Below the pieces are notes generated by a model. The model did not search any database and had not been told where the DNA came from. It worked only from the letters and a program-made list of their open reading frames with translations. A program made the translations under genes and the position numbers. From Rhynchopus sp. YZ270_cl-10 (Eukaryota): a stretch of DNA of 64,000 nucleotides. Below are positions 56,562-64,000 of the stretch, piece by piece; positions within the stretch are counted from its first letter, which is position 1; every line of letters starts with the position of its first letter. The stretch spans positions 744,001 through 808,000 of the forward strand of contig OZ037844.1 of assembly GCA_964035575.1 (NCBI GenBank), written 5' to 3'.

Positions 56562-59500
56562 AATACAGGGGCGGAAGGGGGTGTTATGTTCGAATATGGG
56601 TGTCCTCCAGAGGGGGGAGGGTACGTTAGATTAAAGGTGTGTATTGTAGTGCTGTTGGGGAGGGGGGAGGTTAAAGGATCGGGTAGGTAAAGTTGTTTTC
56701 GTTGAGTGCAATCCTCCTGTTTTTTTGAGGGAATGATTTGGCGTGTGCGGTAAAATACTATTTCTCCAAAGATTTTGTAGAAATATTTATTCCGCAAACC
56801 CCGTACGTTATTTGGTGGAGGTAGAACCCCACTAAACGGCTACTTAAACCCGAAAACACACATTTTCAAAATAGTGTAAACAAAAAAAATTCTCTCTGGA
56901 TTGCTCATTGGCAAACGTCGCCAAATCCGGGGCAAAACCAGATGGGGAGAAGTGGGGGATGGATAGATGACTACAAAGAAAGCCAAAGGATGGTAGTTTT
57001 TGTTTTTTCGATGGGAGGTGGGTTGTGCTCTATTACAATCGGTTTTTTTTTGTTTTGTTGTTGGGGTGTCAGGGGGAGGCGGGGTTAAAGAAAGACAGAG
57101 GGGCTGGAGACGAGGGGGAGAGTTACGGGGGATTAAAAAAACACACAAAGTGCCCAGCCCTATGTCCCCACAACCGCTGTTCTGGTTTGTGCAAAAATAA
57201 AATAACAAAAAGGGTGCAAAGGTCTACACGAAAAGGAAAAAAAATGCTGTTGGGAAATATTTGAACCGATAATTAGCACAAAAGGAAGTCTGGCAAATTT
57301 TCCGAGGAAATCCGAGAATTTATTGACTCTGCTAGTACCAGACTCTGCCCAGCCTTCCTTCTATGAAAAACGCTTTTAAAATAGGATGAAGCACCCGATT
57401 CCGAAGAGGAATACAACCACCCATGTCTGTCCAGCCTTCACTCTGTGAATTAAGTACCACAACTTAATATGGCCCTATTTCAAAAAGAACGAAATATTTC
57501 CCAACAAAGTGAAGAAAGTGCATGTCTGTGATGACGTAAGCACGTCTATTTAATAACAAAATAAAACAATCATAATATGACAATGGGAGTGTGCGTTTGT
57601 TGGGGGCAGAAGTGTGCTGACATGGGGGGAGGTGCTTTTTTTGGTAATTCCTGAGTACAGAATAGCCAAAAAAAAGGGGGTTTGGAAAAAAAAGTTCTTT
57701 TTGAAAACCCTGATTGTGTTTAGTCCAGAGACAGATTCTGGACCACTTCTAGTTTGGTGATGATCTGAAGCCCAAAAAAATCGACAATTTTTGACTGGAT
57801 CTCAGGGACACCAATTTAGGCGCTCGCAAAAAAAAAAAGAAAAGAAAAAAGTGCAAATAAAAATAAATGTTTATAAGATGATCCGAAGCCTCGCATGCTT
57901 GGTCACCCATAAAAAGAAATAGGTAGGATGCTTCCTGGCAGGGAGATGCCCAGACATCCCAATAGTGAAGTTGAAAGGAGAAAAACAATAAAGTAGTTGA
58001 AATGTGCCAAAACGCATCTCAGCCTAGCTCATGCAAAGGATGGGACGTGAGTGGTCCGTACCGTAAGAGAACGGAGGCGGTTCACAACCACTCCGCGAAT
58101 CACGCAACCTCTCTCTAGACACAGCCTTTTTTAACGGCCAAAAAAAGAAAACGAATTTGGCTTTTGCACGTTGCAATAAATGGGGAGGAAAAAATGAAAA
58201 GTTTATAAGATAACCCTAAGCCTCTCATGCTTAGTCACCTGAGAAAAAAAAAGAGAGAAAACGTGAAAGATATGTGCACCATTTGTCACACATTCTCACA
58301 AGACAGACATCTTAAAAACGGAAGAGGGAAAAAGGGGGGGCTGGCAAGATGGCTTTACGCACACACTTCACAACAAAACATTTGTAACTATCTAACAAAC
58401 GGGGTGTGGGGATGATGAGAGGGGAGGGAGGAGGGAACACGTCAGAGTTGTCAGGAGGACTACTAGTAGAACACTACACCGTAATGACTAATGCTAAACT
58501 AACCGCGTTACTGGTGTAACACTAGTAAAAACACTAGCCGTTTGGATTAGTAACACCGTAGTCTCCCTGGCTAAAATGAAAGAAACAACTTTTTTTTGAA
58601 TAGTTCATAACAAAAAATGATCCTAAAGACTCCCGTCTTTGCTTTACCTTTAACAAAATACAGATATTTATTCCGATGCTGAAATGCAGTCAGAATACAG
58701 TACAGTCACCCTTCAGGAGGGGGGAGGGGGCTCAGCCTGGGGGGCTGTGTACATACAGAGATCTGCCTGCACCAAGAATGAGGTGGGGCGGCAATACTTT
58801 GTGTACCCAGGGAGACTACTCAAGGCTATGTGTGGCTCCACTTCAGGTGCGCTGTTTTTTTTTTTTCTAGTGTCCTTATCAGAGATAGCTGCAACGTCGG
58901 AAAATAGAAAACTTAACACGATGATGGTTGCTCCTGAAAACCCCATTTTGCGTACTTTGTTGCGCACATTGTGCACGAAAAAAAAAAATACAGGAATACC
59001 CTATATTGCGTAGTTGTTGCGTACTTGGTATTTTTTATTTCAGGAGCACCATCATCACACGAAAAAAAAACGAACCCCATGGGAGAGGTTACGACTATTT
59101 TCTGCTGGTTTCAGGGCAGGATCTACTAAGACGTGTCCTGGAGGCGGCATGAGTGCCTTGCCAATCATGATACTTTGGTTATCTCTTCTTCTGGGGGTAT
59201 TTTTGTCACAGAAGTCGGCCCTACCCATGTCCTCCACCTTGTTTTGATTTTACTTTTTTTTGTCAAAAGGAACAATTTAGAAGATGAAGCTAAGCCCTTC
59301 TGTGCTTAGTCATCCTTGAAAAACGTTGTGCAAAATAATACAAAATGGGAAAATGGAATCTGACTTCAGGATCACATTGGCGCTCCGGGAGGGGTCGATT
59401 ATTGACAGGTCGCTGACAGGTCGTTGACCGAGTTCCGAAAGTACCAATTATGACAACTTTTTTTTTCGTTTATCACACTAATTCTATAAGACGACCCGAG

Positions 59501-59755
59501 CCTCCGTCTGCTTGTTCATCTTGAAAAGTATTGCAAAAAAATTTTTTTTTGACAACTGCACACAATCACCTTGTGAAAACTTTATTTTCGATTTTTAAAA
59601 AACAGTTCTCTGTTTTTTTCTAAGGTCGGGGGTTGGGGGGAGGATGATTTCACAGAAAAAAAAAATCATACCCCCTTTTCCCCTTTTGAGGGATGCAAAA
59701 AGGAAAAAATCTAAAAAAAAAATCTAAAACACACCAAAAATAACAACATTACATT

Positions 59756-61033
59756 TTATAGGAACCGTCGCGGTGGCTGGACGGCACTGTGGGAGGGGCG
59801 GATTACACCACCTCCAGCTCCACCTCCACCTCCACCATTTCCACTCCGAGAGCTTACCGTTGAACCTGCCCCAATCACGATGTCCCCACCTACACCACCA
59901 CCACCACCACCACCACCCATCGACAACGTAGCTAAAGGAGCAAACCCTGCCTCAAATATTCCACCACCACCACCCTGGGGTTTCCCCTCCAATGCTGGCC
60001 TTCTTTCCTTCCACGCATCTGTGCTTGGCATCGTTTGTGATGTAGTTTGCGCTCCGCGAGCGGAATCATTTTTTTCGAATGAACCCGAACCTACCGAAGC
60101 TTTCCTTTGAAACACCTGGGAGGCTTGCCCGCCAGACTGCGAGGAGACCCCTCTCGATGGAGGCACCTGGCCGGAGACGTGACTGGAGGAGCGTCTGCTG
60201 TGCATTGAGGAGGGTGTCACCGTTGCCCTCCGCTCCCCTCCTCCTCCTCCACGGTTTACCGGCGACGCCACTCTACGCTGTGCCACCCCTTTCGACGCGC
60301 TCCGCTGCCCACTCCTCTTTCGTTGTTCGTAGTACTTCTTTCTGGGTGCATCTGGGTCGCCCCATTCTGTGTCCTTCCGCAGATTCGCGACCCACCTCTT
60401 CTTCTCATGCTTAGGGCTCAACACTGGACGTGCCTTTTGAACAGAAGCCTGAGACGGTTCTCCACGAAGTCCATGTGACCATTTGGTCAAGGCAACATTC
60501 GAAACAGACCCTTTGCGAACAATGTGACTCACATCCCCATAATTTCCGCGAAACGTTTTGCCTTCATACCGTCCCACATCTAGGTCCTCTCTCTCGGTGA
60601 AGCTGCTGTTCTGTGTGTTCGCGCTGCTGACGGTGGTGTTGTGGTGGTGTGTCGTTTCCTCCTCTTTTGCCCAGGGCATTGTAGTTGGGACAATCGGATG
60701 GCTCGGAGCTGGCGGTGTTACTGGCGTTGTAGACAGCACATTAGGCAAACTATTCGATAACGTTAAATTCCGGAACTGTTCCGTCCACTTTACCGGCGCC
60801 TTTTGCACCGGCTTTGCAGGTTGCGCCTGCAGAGAGTTGGTAGAGAGCGCCCTCAAAGGCTGCAGTTGTGGTTCCGCTCTTTGGAGGGGTGCTGGTTTGT
60901 GCCGTTTCTTTGGTGCAGAAGAAGATGTAGTGGTGGTGGCACCATAACCCTCAGGGAAGTACGCCTTGTACTCAGCATCGTATTCGTTGGGGGCCATCCA
61001 CTTCAACTCCTCCCCCGCTATTTCGTTGAGCAT
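59756..61033 (-). CDS. Hypothetical low-complexity (Ser/Gly/Pro/Arg-rich) protein
   Basis: Long intronless GC-rich ORF in AT-rich surroundings; first ATG at 61033 (MLNEIAGEELKW). Confidence 0.7.
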   Translation of the reverse strand: MLNEIAGEELKWMAPNEYDAEYKAYFPEGYGATTTTSSSAPKKRHKPAPLQRAEPQLQPLRALSTNSLQAQPAKPVQKAPVKWTEQFRNLTLSNSLPNVLSTTPVTPPAPSHPIVPTTMPWAKEEETTHHHNTTVSSANTQNSSFTEREDLDVGRYEGKTFRGNYGDVSHIVRKGSVSNVALTKWSHGLRGEPSQASVQKARPVLSPKHEKKRWVANLRKDTEWGDPDAPRKKYYEQRKRSGQRSASKGVAQRRVASPVNRGGGGGERRATVTPSSMHSRRSSSHVSGQVPPSRGVSSQSGGQASQVFQRKASVGSGSFEKNDSARGAQTTSQTMPSTDAWKERRPALEGKPQGGGGGIFEAGFAPLATLSMGGGGGGGGVGGDIVIGAGSTVSSRSGNGGGGGGAGGGVIRPSHSAVQPPRRFL

Positions 61034-61067
61034 TTTTATATATTTTTTTTTGCTGAGAGAGAAGGGA

Positions 61068-61132
61068 GTGATGGGATTGATGGGAGTGATGGGAGTGATG
61101 GGAGTGATGGGATTGATGGGATTGATGGGAGT
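61068..61132. repeat. 9-bp tandem repeat TGATGGGA(G/T), ~7 copies
   Basis: Visible just upstream of the 61033 start codon; C-rich on the sense strand. Confidence 0.85.
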
Positions 61133-63123
61133 GAGAAAAAAAATGGGGAAGATCGAGAGACTGTGTGGTTTTAAGGTGATGTGTAAGGCGGCGTCAATGA
61201 ACAAAGCATATTGCCTCAAAATCGGTGGTTCTGATGGCAGGCCATCGCAGCCAAAGCTTTAAATGGAATTGTTCAGCGTGCCCTCAAAGTTGCATTTGTC
61301 CCCGAAAATGGGCGCGTGCTGCAGGTTATTGTGTCTGGGTCTGTTGGGGTACCACAAATGAAAAGGGTGAGGAAAGGAGGTGCTTTTTTTGGTTAAAAAA
61401 CCCCGTCGCAGGTGGTTACGTTCTCTCTCCAGTTTTTATTGTGAGGTTTTTTTTTTTTTTTGCTTTCTTTTGAATACGTTTCTAAAGTTTAGTTAGTATT
61501 AACATTTTGTAGGTTCAACGCTTTGTGTGTTGGGTTAACAAGATGTGGGGTGCACATGCGCTATTAGTGTATTGCTATGCGAAGGGAAAGGGGCGGGCGG
61601 GGACCCATATCTTTGTCGATCAAAGAACGGAAGCAGTTTTGGGGGCTTATGATTGTCTGGGATTTGTATTCTGATGTATGCAAGAGGTTTGTTGCAGGTG
61701 ACATGAAAATGTGAACCGGATGTACCGGGGGGGGGGGGGGGGGGGGGTGGACACCCAATCATGCATCGTCCTACATCCGTTTCGTGGTTTAAATCTGATG
61801 AAAAAACGGGAGAAAATAAAGGTTGTTTGTTGTTCGCTCCCAAAAAAAAAAAGCAGTCACATAATCATGTTCTGCAAGCTAAAATACAATCAGATATACG
61901 CATCACAGCCAACCATGTTTTCTTTCTTTCTGAGGAGGGGGGGGTCTTAAAAAGGCTTTGAACGCTTTTTGGAACTCTCTATTGCTTGCAAAACTAAACA
62001 TAACATTGTACCAACTGAGGATTCAAAAAAAAAAAAGGAAAACAGCGTAACAGACAGATCGTTGGCTTTTTAAATATGTTCAGTTTTCAACAACACGTCG
62101 TATATGCAGTGGGGAGGAGGGTGTGTGATCCGGGGTGGGGGAGAGGCGTATTCCAACCGCAAGGCAAGGCTGTGCTAAGGGAGAGGAAAAAGTTAGATCA
62201 TATACTTTCAGTTCACAGAATTGAAAGTATATGAAAGAAAAAGGTGCAAATATATGGCATCTTATCACACCATCGTTCTATTCCAATATGCTGTCCCGTT
62301 TAAAAATAACAACAAAATTGTCAAAGCCGGGGGAAAAAAAGGTGGAGGGGGTGAAATCACCTTCAAGTATTTGAGGGACTCATAAAAAACAAACAAACTG
62401 TAGTTGTTTGATGCAGGCACACCTCCGACTGACCCACGTACGATGCCAGCCATCTGGATGAAAGCACAAACAAAAGGCGGTTCTTTCCCCCCCCCACCCT
62501 CCCCGGAGCGAGGCTCCCACAGAATACATTGGTAAATTAATTTTCGTTCCATTTTTTCAATTTTTTTTTTCTGCACTTTTTTTTTAAACCACGAATCCTT
62601 CTCTCTAAACAAAGCTACTCAAGGATGATGTGGTTGCCCCACCCCTCCCCTTTTCCCTGAGGGTGCAATTATGATTACCCTTTTATTTTTTGTTTTTGTT
62701 GTATCGACAAACTACCCTACGAGCAAAAAAAAAAAACGGGCCAGATTTTTTGAAAACTTGGTTGTATTAGTGTAGACACCCGAGGATGAACTCCACTTTT
62801 ATTCTTTCTTTTCTCCTTTTTCTTCGATAATCACTACAAATTGAGCATCTTCTTCTTTTCACCATATTTTTTTTTTTTGATATTTTCAATAGATCACTCA
62901 CTCCAAGGACGGGTTTTCTCCGTACAACACAACGTCACATGACTAACGAATCTTAAAGGTAGATTCCCCATATTCCCTTCAGGGAAAACACATCTCTGTC
63001 CCTCCCCCTATCCCGGTGTTGGTTTAGTACAGCGCCCCAAAAGTTTAGTACAGGTTAAATACAAGTTTAGTACACCTGTTTTAAACACCTTTGGATTAAA
63101 CCTGCCAACACTGCCCGATCCCC

Positions 63124-64000
63124 TCATCTATCAGCATGCATGTCCCCGATGGGGGAGCCAGACCCAAGCTCGTGTGACAGCTCGGTTTCTTCGGGTGTGA
63201 AGTGCCGTCCTCTGTCAGCAGATGCAGTAGGTGACACTTCGAACTCTACACCGCCGTCGCTCAGATCCTCATCCATGACACCGTCACGTGAGAGCGTGTG
63301 GTACTGTAAGGGGTTTTTTTGCAGGGGGTTAAGATGGGTGGAAAAGAAGAATTCAGAAGGCCTTTTAAGGCGTAGTGTCCAAGAAGTTGGGGGGAAAAAG
63401 GTTGAGTTGAAATACAAAGCCCTCTCGTGAACAGTGTTGAACCGGGGGGAGGTGGACACCCAACCATGCAGGGCTACATCCATTTCGTGGTTTACTGAAA
63501 GGAAAGGGTTTGCTTCAAATACAAAAAAAACCTTCTCGTGGCACCCTTGGTGCACCCCCCCTCCATATGCAGTCCATGCATTTCTTATGATTTTGCATCG
63601 AAAAATACACATACGCATCTACAACCTTTTCAATGGTTATCTTATAAGAAAAATCATACCTGAGCGTTCATCAGACGATGTCTTGCGTATAGTCTGTAGA
63701 CAGTGAAGGAGCTGAGGAGGATGAGCCCCAGGGCAAAGAGGAGGACAGGGATAAGATAGGGAGAGTTCACAAAGGCTGTGGAGGTCGAGCAGGACCGTTC
63801 GAGGTCAGTCGAGGCATGGGAAGCGAGCCTCTCGACACAGTGCTGCGGGGCGTCCCCGAAGTTGAGGATACGCTGCTGCTTGCCTTCAATGCAATCGCTC
63901 CACGTCGACGACGCCTCACTGTAGCTATCACAGTCCATACACCCCGCAGGCCCTGCCGTCCGATACCCCTGCGTGCAGTCCGACCCTGTCGCATAAATTT
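63124..64000 (-). CDS. 3' part of a single-pass membrane protein with Cys-rich ectodomain (runs off the window)
   Basis: Frame open from the window end through WSDCIEGKQQR (TSP1-like) and TM LIPVLLFALGLILLSSFTVY; GT-AG intron 63304-63659; acidic cytoplasmic tail to the stop at 63124. Confidence 0.7.

Larger units (their letters stand above)
6661..59522 (+). repeat. Dispersed ~42-bp hairpin family A (span covers first to last copy)
   Basis: Consensus AGTTTATAAGATGAACCTAAGCCTCTCGTGCTTAGTCACCTT. Copies near 6661, 7258, 11870, 12425, 13588, 28061, 43383, 46465, 51883, 52017, 52298, 57869, 58200, 59281 and 59485, plus degenerate ones. Confidence 0.85.
14110..62797 (-). repeat. Dispersed ~46-bp hairpin + poly(A) family B (span covers first to last copy)
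   Basis: On + reads (T)n-GAAAACTTGGTTGTATTAGTGTAGCCACCCTAGAGTGTGCTCCACT. Copies at 14110, 14456, 23300, 43622, 47658, 51616, 52603 and 62752. Confidence 0.85.

Noticed and set aside
63023..63074. Three spaced GTTTAGTACA copies
   Set aside because: Too few and too short to assign a function; not a CRISPR-like array.

Overview
Eukaryotic genomic DNA, not prokaryotic. Every credible protein gene lies on the minus strand, several carry GT-AG introns, and spacers are AT-rich with long A/T tracts. This fits a euglenozoan (diplonemid-like) directional gene cluster, though the taxon is an inference. Genes: five members of one intronless ankyrin-repeat family (one frameshifted), an acyltransferase-3 membrane protein, a polyQ/CCCH zinc-finger protein, Vps51, mitochondrial-type ClpB/Hsp78, two CDK paralogues flanking the ankyrin array, a zinc-finger/PARP-like protein, two hypothetical proteins and a partial single-pass membrane protein. 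Intergenic DNA holds MITEs, a PIF/Harbinger-type non-autonomous element and several tiny dispersed repeat families. The most notable observations are: (1) ankyrin genes with near-constant DNA frameworks but hypervariable binding-surface codons and shuffled modules; (2) two sequence-unrelated TG...CA elements sharing one architecture around an 8-bp or 9-bp satellite; (3) ~45-bp families, two of them hairpins, whose copies all point the same way; (4) a templated ankyrin/CDK patchwork and a CDK gene-conversion tract. Everything was read by eye, so repeat boundaries may be off by a few bases.
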